Part shown: piece after piece, positions 36,794 to 45,025 of the stretch
Position numbering within the stretch: position 1 is the first letter of the stretch
Layout: the number at the start of each line of letters is the position of its first letter
NCBI GenBank assembly: GCA_964482495.1
Contig: CAYZXS010000002.1
Coordinates: 20,856 to 84,855, forward strand
DNA: 64,000 bases
DNA from: an uncultured Planctomycetales bacterium
GTDB lineage: Bacteria; Planctomycetota; UBA1135
Direction of reading: 5' to 3'
Position numbers and translations under genes: made by a program
The notes under the pieces: model-generated
The model's database searches: none
What the model was told of the DNA's origin: nothing
What the model saw: only the letters and a program-made list of their open reading frames with translations

Positions 36794-39700
36794 ATGTTGC
36801 TGGTGACGCTCGGGTTGTTTTGCTTGGTCCAGGGGGCAGAGGCGGCGGGCGCCGTCCGGGCGGGGGAGGTGGATGCGGGATGGAGGCCGGTCCAGGTCCC
36901 GGGGCGGTGGGAGGACTCCCAGGTCGGCGGCGGGGGCAAGCCCTTCGCAGGCCTGGATGGAGTCGCTTGGTATTGGGCGGAGGTCGACTTCCCTTCGGAG
37001 TGGGCGGGGCAGGAACTGGTGCTGGAGCTCGGCACCCTCGACGACGCCGATGAGACCTACTGGAACGGCAGGCTGATCGGGTCCACGGGCGTCTTTCCGC
37101 CCAACGCCCAGTCCGCTTGGAGCGCGCCCCGCGCCTATCCACTCGTGGTGCCCGACGAAGGCGGGGCGGCCTGGAACTTCTTGGCGATCCGGGTTCACGA
37201 CTCCGGCGGCAAGGGCGGCTTCGGCGACCAAGTCCCCGTCCTGCGCGGGCCGGACGGGATCTTGAAGCTCGACGGGCTTTGGATGCTCCACCCTGGAGAC
37301 GAGATCGACCGGGAAGTCCTGGCACCCTCTTCGGAGCATGCCTGGAAGCCCCTCGTCTCCTCCCACCGGATGGCCTCCGATGGGCGGCGCGTCGGGCGCC
37401 GAAGCCCCGTGATCACGCCGCTCGAGCAGCACCCCGGCGCTGGGGATGGCAGCCATCTTCTTTGGTACCGGCAGCCGGCGGCCCGTTGGACCGAAGCGCT
37501 TCCGGTGGGCAACGGCCGGCTCGGGGCGATGGTCTACGGCGGGGTCGATGAGGAGACCCTGCAGCTCAACGAGGATTCGGTCTGGGCGGGATCGCCGCTC
37601 GAGCGGGAGGCCGGAGGCGGGCCGGCCGACCTTGCGGCGGCGCGGGAGCTCTTCTTCGCTGGCGAGGTCCAGGAAGGCCAGCGGCTCATGCAGGAGAAGT
37701 TCATGAGCGAGCGGCTGATCCGGAGCCACCAGACCCTGGGGGAGCTGACGCTCTCGATGGCCCCGACGGCGCGCGCCGGCGAGTATTCGCGCTCTTTGGA
37801 CCTGAGCAGCGGCGTCGCCACCACCGAGTGGACCGCGGACGGGGTCCGCTTCGTGCGAGAGGTCTATGCCTCCGCCGTCGACCAGGTGCTGGTCGTGCAC
37901 CTCCGCGCGGACCAACCGGGGGCGCTCACGCTCGACGTCGAGCTCGGGCGGAGCGAGCTGCCCCACGGCTCGATCGAGTCGGATCGCGAGCGCGGGAGGA
38001 TCTGGATGAACGGCCGAGCGGTCAACGGCGACCACTACGGCGTGAGCTTCGCGGCGGTCGTCGATCTGCTTCCGGTGGGGGGCAGCCTGAACGCCCTGGG
38101 CGATTCCGGCCGCGGCCTCCACGTCAAGGGCGCCGACGAGCTGCGCATCCTGGTCGCCGCCCGGACCGACTACCGCGGCGGCGACGACCCCATGGCCGCG
38201 GCGGTGGCGGACACCGAGCTGGCGGCCTGGAACAAGGACGCCGCCGCCTCGCGTCAGCGGGCGGTCGACGCCCACCGCGAGCCCTATCAGCGCTGCGCTC
38301 TGACGCTGCCGGCGGGCGAGAGCGCCGGCCTCCCGACCGATGAGCGCCTGCGCGCCTTCGCCGCCGGCGGCGAGGACCCGACGCTGCTGGCGCTCTACTT
38401 CCACTACGGCCGCTACCTGCTGATCGCCTCGTCGCGGCCGGGCACGCTGCCGGCCAACCTGCAGGGACTCTGGAACGAGCACACCGCGGCGCCGTGGAAC
38501 GCCGACTACCACATCAACATCAACCTGCAGATGAACTACTGGCCGGCGGAGGTCACCAACCTCGCCGAGTTCCACCTGCCCTTCTTCGAGATGCTCGACG
38601 GCATCCGCCGCCGCGGCGCCGTCACCGCCGAGAAGCTCTACGGCGCCGAGGGCTGGGTCGCCCACCACACCACCGACGCCTGGTGGCCGAGCGTGCCGAT
38701 CGGGCGCACGGTCTGGGGCCTGTGGCCGGTCGGCGGCGCGTGGTGCGCGCGCCACGCCTGGGAGCACTACCTCTACACCGGGGACCTCGACTTCCTGCGC
38801 GACCGGGCTTGGCCGGCGCTGCGCGGGTCGGCCGAGTTCTTCCTCTCCTACCTGGCCGAGGACCCCGCCACCGGCAAGCTGGTCTCGGGCCCCTCGTCCA
38901 GCCCGGAGAACACCTTCCTCACGCAGGACGGCCAGCGCGCCGACACCTCGATGGGGGCGTCGATGGACCAGCAGGTGATCTGGGACCTGTTCACCAACTT
39001 GATCGAGGCGGCCGAGCCGCTGCAGCTGCAGCACGACCCGGTGGTAGCGGCGGTGCGCGAGGCCCGCGCCCGGCTGCTCGGGCCGCAGGTGGGCGAGGAC
39101 GGCCGCCTGCTGGAGTGGGCGCAGCCCTACGGCGAGGCCGAGCCGGGCCACCGCCACATGTCGCACCTCTACGGTTTGCACCCGGGGCGGCAGTTCACGC
39201 TGCAGCGGACCCCGGAGCTGGTGGCGGCGGCGCGGGCCTCGCTGGAGCACCGGCTGGCCCACGGCGGCGGCCACACCGGCTGGTCGCGGGCCTGGATGAT
39301 CAACTTCTGGGCGCGGCTCGGCGAGGGGGCCGAGGTCGAGCAGAACCTGCGGGCGCTGCTCACCAAGTCCACCCTGCCCAACCTGTTCGACAACCACCCG
39401 CCGTTCCAGATCGACGGCAACTTCGGCGGCACCGCCGGGATCGCCGAGGCGCTCTTGCAGAGCCACGAGCGGGTCGCCAGCGAGGGCAACGAGCCCGGCC
39501 ACTTGGTCCGGCTGCTGCCGGCGCTGCCGCCGGGCTGGCCGGACGGCAAGATCAGCGGCCTGCGCGCCCGCGGCGGCCTGGAGCTGGACCTGAGCTGGGA
39601 AGGCGGCTTGCTGCGGCAGCTGCTGGTCGACTGGCCGGCCCGCGAGCCGCTGCGGCTGCAGCTCCCGCCCGGGGTCGCCGTGGCCGAGATCGTCGACTTC

Positions 39701-39802
39701 TCCGGCAACGACTGGATCGAATTCGTCGAGGGCGACCGGGTCGAGCTGCCCAGCGCCCTCGGCCAGCACCTGATCCGGATCACCCTCGTGCCGCGCTCAT
39801 GA
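36794..39802 (+). CDS. GH95-family alpha-L-fucosidase with an N-terminal galactose-binding-like domain
   Basis: The signal peptide is MLLVTLGLFCLVQGAEA. The GH95 signature is LWYRQPAARWTEALPVGNGRLGAMVYGG..ETLQLNEDSVWAGSP, followed by NADYHININLQMNYWPAE. Confidence 0.85.
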   Translation: MLLVTLGLFCLVQGAEAAGAVRAGEVDAGWRPVQVPGRWEDSQVGGGGKPFAGLDGVAWYWAEVDFPSEWAGQELVLELGTLDDADETYWNGRLIGSTGVFPPNAQSAWSAPRAYPLVVPDEGGAAWNFLAIRVHDSGGKGGFGDQVPVLRGPDGILKLDGLWMLHPGDEIDREVLAPSSEHAWKPLVSSHRMASDGRRVGRRSPVITPLEQHPGAGDGSHLLWYRQPAARWTEALPVGNGRLGAMVYGGVDEETLQLNEDSVWAGSPLEREAGGGPADLAAARELFFAGEVQEGQRLMQEKFMSERLIRSHQTLGELTLSMAPTARAGEYSRSLDLSSGVATTEWTADGVRFVREVYASAVDQVLVVHLRADQPGALTLDVELGRSELPHGSIESDRERGRIWMNGRAVNGDHYGVSFAAVVDLLPVGGSLNALGDSGRGLHVKGADELRILVAARTDYRGGDDPMAAAVADTELAAWNKDAAASRQRAVDAHREPYQRCALTLPAGESAGLPTDERLRAFAAGGEDPTLLALYFHYGRYLLIASSRPGTLPANLQGLWNEHTAAPWNADYHININLQMNYWPAEVTNLAEFHLPFFEMLDGIRRRGAVTAEKLYGAEGWVAHHTTDAWWPSVPIGRTVWGLWPVGGAWCARHAWEHYLYTGDLDFLRDRAWPALRGSAEFFLSYLAEDPATGKLVSGPSSSPENTFLTQDGQRADTSMGASMDQQVIWDLFTNLIEAAEPLQLQHDPVVAAVREARARLLGPQVGEDGRLLEWAQPYGEAEPGHRHMSHLYGLHPGRQFTLQRTPELVAAARASLEHRLAHGGGHTGWSRAWMINFWARLGEGAEVEQNLRALLTKSTLPNLFDNHPPFQIDGNFGGTAGIAEALLQSHERVASEGNEPGHLVRLLPALPPGWPDGKISGLRARGGLELDLSWEGGLLRQLLVDWPAREPLRLQLPPGVAVAEIVDFSGNDWIEFVEGDRVELPSALGQHLIRITLVPRS

Positions 39803-41217
39803 ACATGATGAACCGAAGGAAATTCCTGGTGGCGGGCGCCGGGGCCGCAGCGGGCCTGGCCCTGCCCTCCTGGCTCCCGGGCCGAAACTCGGGCGGAGGC
39901 AGCGCCGCTCCGACCGGGGGGCTGCCAAAGCCGACACCGGCCCAGCTCGCTTGGCAGCGCGCGGAGCTCGGGGCGGTCTTCCACTGGGACCTGCACGTCT
40001 TCGACGGCGAGCGATACTCCCAGGGCGCCAACCGCAAGGCGGCCATCTCCGACCCGCAGATCTTCGCCCCGGACCGCTACGACATCGACCAGTGGTTCGA
40101 GTCGGTGGTCGGCATGGGCGCCCGCTTCGCCCTGCTCACCGCCTGCCACGAGACCGGCTTCCGCCTGTGGCAGTCGGACGCCAACCCCTACTGCATGAAG
40201 ATGCTGGAGTGGGGCGACGGCAAGGCCGACATCGTCCGCGACTTCGTCGAGGCGGCGCGGCGGCACGGGGTCGCGCCGGGGCTCTACCACGGCGCGCGGT
40301 GGAATTCGCAGCTGGGCGTCTACGACCACGAGGTCACCGAGCGCTCGCCGCTGAGCCAGGAGCAGTACCGGGCCCTGATCGAGGCCGAGTGCGAGGAGCT
40401 GGCCACGCGCTACGGCGAGCTGTTCGAGATCTGGTTCGACGGCGGCATCCTGTCGCCCGAGCAGGGCGGCCCGGACGTGCTGCCGATCTTCGAGGAGCAC
40501 CAGCCGGGCATCCTCTACTACCACTCCGACGAGCGCCGCGACGCCCGCTGGGGGGGCAGCGAGTCGGGCACGGTGCCCTATCCCTGCTGGTCGACGGTCG
40601 ACCCGGAGCGGACCCGCACCGGCCCGCCCAACTACCCGATGCTGAAGCACGGCGACCCGGACGGAGAGGCCTGGTGCCCGGCGATGAGCGACGCGCCGCT
40701 GCGGGGCGCGAACGGCCGCCACGAGTGGTTCTGGGAGCCGGAGGACGAGGCCGCGGTCTACCCGCTGCGCAAGCTGGTCGAGATGTACGAGAACTCGGTC
40801 GGTCGCAATTCGACCCTGATCATGGGGCTGACCCCGGACCCGCGCGGGCGCGTGCCGGAGCTGGACACCGCGCGCTGCGTCGAGTGGGGGCGGGCGATCC
40901 GTAGCCTCTACGGCGCGCCGGCGGCGACCACCGCCACCGAGCGGCGGCGCGAGGACCTGGCGCTGCCAGCGCCCACCGTGGTCGACCGGGTGGTGCTGCG
41001 CGAGGCCATCGAGGACGGCCACCGAGTGCGGCGCTATGCCCTCGACGGCAAGCGCCGGAACGGCTCCTGGGTCAAGCTGGGGGAGGGCAGCTGCGTCGGC
41101 AACCGCCGGATCCACCGGCTGCCGCCGGTCGAGCTGACCACGCTGCGCCTGAACCTGGAATTCGCCGGGGCCGAGCCGGCCAGGATCACCGAGTTCTCGG
41201 CCTTCGCCGCCCCCTAG
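39799..41217 (+). CDS. Tat-exported GH29-family alpha-L-fucosidase
   Basis: It has an ATGA overlap with the GH95 gene. The Tat signal is NRRKFLVAGAGAAAGLA. The sequence includes WQRAELGAVFHWDLHVF...ARFALLTACHETGFRLW and a C-terminal F5/8-like domain. Confidence 0.85.
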   Translation: MNMMNRRKFLVAGAGAAAGLALPSWLPGRNSGGGSAAPTGGLPKPTPAQLAWQRAELGAVFHWDLHVFDGERYSQGANRKAAISDPQIFAPDRYDIDQWFESVVGMGARFALLTACHETGFRLWQSDANPYCMKMLEWGDGKADIVRDFVEAARRHGVAPGLYHGARWNSQLGVYDHEVTERSPLSQEQYRALIEAECEELATRYGELFEIWFDGGILSPEQGGPDVLPIFEEHQPGILYYHSDERRDARWGGSESGTVPYPCWSTVDPERTRTGPPNYPMLKHGDPDGEAWCPAMSDAPLRGANGRHEWFWEPEDEAAVYPLRKLVEMYENSVGRNSTLIMGLTPDPRGRVPELDTARCVEWGRAIRSLYGAPAATTATERRREDLALPAPTVVDRVVLREAIEDGHRVRRYALDGKRRNGSWVKLGEGSCVGNRRIHRLPPVELTTLRLNLEFAGAEPARITEFSAFAAP

Positions 41218-41281
41218 CGGCGACTCTGCCCCCGATTCCGCCCCGGCGGGAGGCCGGCGATTCCGGACCCGGGCCGCCGCG

Positions 41282-41310
41282 TGGACAAAATGTAAGTAAA
41301 TACCTACAAT
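41282..41310 (+). promoter_or_regulatory. Near-consensus sigma70-type promoter: TGGACA-N17-TACAAT
   Basis: Read directly from an AT-rich island 20 nt upstream of the 41330 start codon. It would drive the secreted-protein/TetR operon. Confidence 0.5.
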
Positions 41311-41329
41311 TGCCGGCCCCGCCATCGGA

Positions 41330-41905
41330 ATGAGGAGCATCATGAACCGCACCCCCGCACGACTTGCCTTCCTCGCCGCCGCCGCCCTGGTGGTCGGCGC
41401 CATCGCCCCCGCCGCCCTGTCCCTGGGCGGCGCCGCGCCGCCGCAGGACGAGGCCCCGGCGATGGTCGTCGGCAGCTTCGACTCGCGCGCCGTGATGGTC
41501 GCCTACATGCGCTCGGAGCGCTTCAAGGAGGACCTCGCCGGCGTCAAGCAGGAGATGGCCAGCGCCGTGGAGGCGGGCGACCAAGCCGCCCAGGACGCCA
41601 TCAACGAGCGCATGCGCGCGCGCCAGGAGAAGGCGCACCGCCAGGTCTTCAGCAACGCTCCGGCGCCCGAGGTGGTCGCCCTGCTCGCTGAGCAGCTGCC
41701 CGGCTTCGCCGAGCAGGCCGGCGTCGACGTCATCGTCTCGAAGTGGCGCCTGGCCTACGTCGGCCCGGGGGCGCGCTTCGTCGACCTCACCGACCGCATG
41801 GTGGCGGCCTTCGGGCCCGACGCCGAGACGCTAGAGGTGGTCGAGCAGATCAAGGCCACCGACCCGGTGCCGCTCGAGCAGCTCGAGGGCGGTCACGAGC
41901 ACTAG
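41330..41905 (+). CDS. Hypothetical secreted protein (OmpH/Skp-like coiled region possible)
   Basis: The signal peptide is ARLAFLAAAALVVGAIAPAALSLG. A charged helical region follows (KQEMASAVEAGDQAAQDAINERMRARQEKAHRQ). An alternative ATG lies at 41342. Confidence 0.65.
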   Translation: MRSIMNRTPARLAFLAAAALVVGAIAPAALSLGGAAPPQDEAPAMVVGSFDSRAVMVAYMRSERFKEDLAGVKQEMASAVEAGDQAAQDAINERMRARQEKAHRQVFSNAPAPEVVALLAEQLPGFAEQAGVDVIVSKWRLAYVGPGARFVDLTDRMVAAFGPDAETLEVVEQIKATDPVPLEQLEGGHEH

Positions 41906-41914
41906 GCCGGCGGC

Positions 41915-42538
41915 GTGCCCCGTCCCGACACCAGCCCGCAGCGGCGGCGCGAGTTCGCGCCGCTGCTGGCGGCCGCCTTCGCCGAGCTCGGCTACCGCCG
42001 CGCCACCACCGCGGTCTTGGCCCGGCGCTGCGGCGTGCGCGAGAACATCCTCTACCGGCTCTGGCCCGATAAGCAGGGCATGTTCATCGCCGCCCTGGAC
42101 TTCGTCTACCAGCACTCCGAGTCGGTCTGGTCGGTGCTGCTGGCGGAGCCCGACGGGGACGCCAGCCCGGCCGAGCGCATCTTGGGCTACGAGGCCGCGC
42201 ACCACGGGGAGCACGGGCTCTACCGGCTGATCTTCGCCGGGCTCTCGGAGACGGACGAGCCGGAGATCGCCCGGGCCCTGAAGCGGCTCTACGGCCGCTT
42301 CCAGCGCTTCGTGCGCCGGCAGGTGGAGGCGCACCGCGGCGAGGCGCGTGCCGGCAGCGGCTCGGGCGCCGGCGCCGCGCTCGACGCGGAGATGGCCGCC
42401 TGGGCCATCGTCGGGCTGGGCACCGTGGCCAACGTCGGCCGGGAGCTCGGCCTGCTGGGCGCCGCGCGCCGCCGGCGGCTGATCCTCGAGGCCGGGGCGG
42501 CGCTGCTCGGCCCGCGGGGCGGAGCGGCACCGGGCTGA
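41915..42538 (+). CDS. TetR/AcrR-family transcriptional regulator
   Basis: The start is a GTG. The HTH region is FAELGYRRATTAVLARRCGVRENILYRLWPDKQGMF. Confidence 0.85.
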   Translation: MPRPDTSPQRRREFAPLLAAAFAELGYRRATTAVLARRCGVRENILYRLWPDKQGMFIAALDFVYQHSESVWSVLLAEPDGDASPAERILGYEAAHHGEHGLYRLIFAGLSETDEPEIARALKRLYGRFQRFVRRQVEAHRGEARAGSGSGAGAALDAEMAAWAIVGLGTVANVGRELGLLGAARRRRLILEAGAALLGPRGGAAPG

Positions 42539-42596
42539 GCGTCCGCTCGGGCGGCGCGGGCCAACGCCGTCGATGGTCGGCCCGTAGAGTCCGCCC

Positions 42597-43736
42597 GTGA
42601 TGGAACCGACCTCCCGCCCGGCCGCCCCGCGACCCTCCCGCCTGCCGCTGCTGCTGGCCTTCGCGGCCCTCGCCTTGGCGCTGGTGGCGGGCTGGCAATC
42701 GGGACTCTTCGGCGGCCTGCCGCTGCTCGACCCCGCGGCGGGGCCGCGGCTCGTGGCCGCCCGCGGCGAGCTGGCCGCCGACGAGCGCTCCACGATCTCC
42801 TTGTTCCAGGCGGCGGCGCCGGCGGTGGTCAACATCCGCACCACCGAGCTGCGCCGCAACCCGTGGAGCCGCCGGGTGGTGGAGTCGGCCCAGGGGCAGG
42901 GCAGCGGCTTCGTCTGGGACCAGGCCGGCTACGTCGTCACCAATTACCACGTCGTGCGCGACGCCGACCGCGCCTTCGTCAGCTTCGCGGACCGGCGCGA
43001 GTTCCCGGCTCGCCTGGTCGGCACCGACCCCAGCGCCGACCTGGCGGTGCTCAAGATCGACGGCGCCGGCGCCCTGCCGGCGCTGCCGCTGGGCGAGAGC
43101 GGCGGCCTGGCGGTGGGGCAGAAGGTCTTCGCCATCGGCAACCCCTTCGGCCTCGACCACACCCTGACCGCTGGCGTCATCTCCGGCCTCGGGCGCGAGA
43201 TCATCGGCGTCGCCGGCAACCCGATCCGCGACGTGATCCAGACCGACGCCGCCATCAACCCCGGCAACTCAGGCGGCCCGCTGCTGGACAGCGCCGGGCG
43301 GCTGATCGGGGTCAACACCGCCATCCAGAGCTCCACCGGCCACAACGGCGGCATCGGCTTCGCCGTGCCGGTGGACGCCGTCAACCGGATCGTGCCGGAG
43401 ATCATCCGAACCGGCAAGCCGCCGCGGCCGGTGCTCGGCATCACCATGCTCGACGACGACCTGGCGCGCGCCAACCGCATCGACGGCGTGGTCGTGTCCG
43501 AGGTCGTCGCCGGCGGCCCGGCCGAGCGCGCCGGCCTGAAGCCGCTGCGCGAGAGCGGCGACGGCCGCACCTTCCTCGGCGACGTCATCCTCCAGGTCGG
43601 CGGTCAGCGGGTGCGGCGCCAGGAGGAGCTGCTGGCGGCGCTGGGCGCCTTCCAGCCCGGCGACGAGCTCGAGCTGGTGGTGCTGCGCGACCGCCGCGAG
43701 GTCGGGGTGCGGGTGGTGCTGGAGGAGGGGAGCTGA
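42597..43736 (+). CDS. HtrA/DegP-family serine protease with one PDZ domain
   Basis: There is a TM anchor. The catalytic residues sit in VVTNYHVV, DLAVLKI and GNSGGPLLD. The PDZ domain includes GVVVSEVVAGGPAERAGLK. The start is either the GTG at 42597 or the ATG at 42600. Confidence 0.9.
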   Translation: MMEPTSRPAAPRPSRLPLLLAFAALALALVAGWQSGLFGGLPLLDPAAGPRLVAARGELAADERSTISLFQAAAPAVVNIRTTELRRNPWSRRVVESAQGQGSGFVWDQAGYVVTNYHVVRDADRAFVSFADRREFPARLVGTDPSADLAVLKIDGAGALPALPLGESGGLAVGQKVFAIGNPFGLDHTLTAGVISGLGREIIGVAGNPIRDVIQTDAAINPGNSGGPLLDSAGRLIGVNTAIQSSTGHNGGIGFAVPVDAVNRIVPEIIRTGKPPRPVLGITMLDDDLARANRIDGVVVSEVVAGGPAERAGLKPLRESGDGRTFLGDVILQVGGQRVRRQEELLAALGAFQPGDELELVVLRDRREVGVRVVLEEGS

Positions 43737-43787
43737 GCGGCCCCTTCTGAAGCAGAGACTCGAGGGGCGGCTAGGCTGGACCGCAAG

Positions 43788-45002
43788 ATGCGTGGCGCCC
43801 TGCCCATTCTCGCCGGCCTGATCGCCCTGCCGGCCCTCTCCTCGCCGATTGGCGCCCAGGCCGATTACAAGAAGCACTACCGCTCCGACATGGAGGCCTT
43901 CGTCGACGAGGTCCAGAAGAGCTACCCGTTCTTCGACCTCAAGGGCATCCGCAAGGACTGGAAGGCGACGTCCAAGCGGCTCGAGAAGGCCGCCAAGAAG
44001 TGCAAGAGCGACGCCGAGTTCATGGCGCTGGTCGGCGAGGGCATCGCCATCCTGCGCGACGCCCACATGTCCGTCACGGAGTGCGCGGTGGAGCTGCCCG
44101 AGCGGGAGCCCGAGTTCTACCCCGGCGTCAGCTTCCTGCCGGCCACCGACGACCGCGTTGTCGTCATGTTCCCGCCCGAGGGCCAGGGCGCCAGCTCGCT
44201 AGCGACCGGGACCGTGGTGCTGCAGATCGACGGCAAGGACGCCCGCAAGGTGCTGGAGCAGCGCGCCGAGGACACCTGGGCCGCGGGCGGGTCCTTCTCG
44301 ACCCTGCAGCGGGCGCGGCTGTTCGAGTACCGCATCCCCCTGCGCGGTGAACGCGGCGACAAGCACGTGCTGACGGTGCAGGACGGGCGCAAGAAGAAGA
44401 AGGTGACCGTGTCGGCGCGCCAGGAGGTCTCGGGTTGGCCGCGCAGCTACCACATGCCGGAGGGGCTGGAGCAGGCAGGCCGGTCGGTCTGGTTCGCCCG
44501 GCTCGAGAGCGGCGCCGGCTACCTCTATCTGCGGCGCGTCGACTCCGGTCTGCCGGACGGCATCGCCAAGGCGCTGGCCGAGGTCGGCGACGCCCGCGGC
44601 TGGGTGGTCGACCTGCGCGGCAATTCCGGCGGCGGCTACGGCAGCGAGCTGCTGGGCCAAGTGGACGCCATGCCCGGCCCGGTGGCGGTGATCCTCGACG
44701 CCGGCTGCATCTCGGCGGGGGAGACCTTGGCGCGCGACTTCGTCAACCGCAAGCAGGCGCGGCTGTTCGGGCTGCCGACCGCGGGCTCCTCGTCCTCGAA
44801 GCGCGATTGGAGCTTCCCCAGCGGCATCGCCACGATCAAGTTCTCTACCCGGAGCCGCGGCGGCGTCGGCGGCAAGCCGATCGAGGGCAGCGGCATCCAG
44901 CCCGACGAGGTGGTCGAGGTCGTGCCCGAGGAGATCCAGGCCGGCCAGAACTCCGCGATCTTGCGGGCGGAGGCGTGGCTGCTGGAGCAGGCCGACGGCT
45001 GA
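43788..45002 (+). CDS. S41-family (tail-specific-like) peptidase, secreted
   Basis: A signal peptide is present. The sequence includes VVDLRGNSGGGYG...VAVILDAGCISAGETLA...GLPTAGSSSSKRDW, which resembles the S41 Ser/Lys region. Confidence 0.8.
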   Translation: MRGALPILAGLIALPALSSPIGAQADYKKHYRSDMEAFVDEVQKSYPFFDLKGIRKDWKATSKRLEKAAKKCKSDAEFMALVGEGIAILRDAHMSVTECAVELPEREPEFYPGVSFLPATDDRVVVMFPPEGQGASSLATGTVVLQIDGKDARKVLEQRAEDTWAAGGSFSTLQRARLFEYRIPLRGERGDKHVLTVQDGRKKKKVTVSARQEVSGWPRSYHMPEGLEQAGRSVWFARLESGAGYLYLRRVDSGLPDGIAKALAEVGDARGWVVDLRGNSGGGYGSELLGQVDAMPGPVAVILDAGCISAGETLARDFVNRKQARLFGLPTAGSSSSKRDWSFPSGIATIKFSTRSRGGVGGKPIEGSGIQPDEVVEVVPEEIQAGQNSAILRAEAWLLEQADG

Positions 45003-45025
45003 GCGGGCCGCTATCCTCTGCCGCC

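Noticed and set aside
36725-39769. A 1014-aa ORF antisense to the GH95 gene, and similar long antisense or overlapping ORFs elsewhere: 10626-13205 (+), 59602-61794 (-), 4406-6061 (+), 27270-28646 (-), 46708-48513 (-), 35607-37325 (-) and 16644-17549 (+).
   Set aside because: Their translations are Arg/Ala/Gly/Pro/His-rich low-complexity strings with no recognisable motifs. The opposite strand or another frame encodes proteins with clear family signatures. Long stop-free shadow frames are expected at this GC content.
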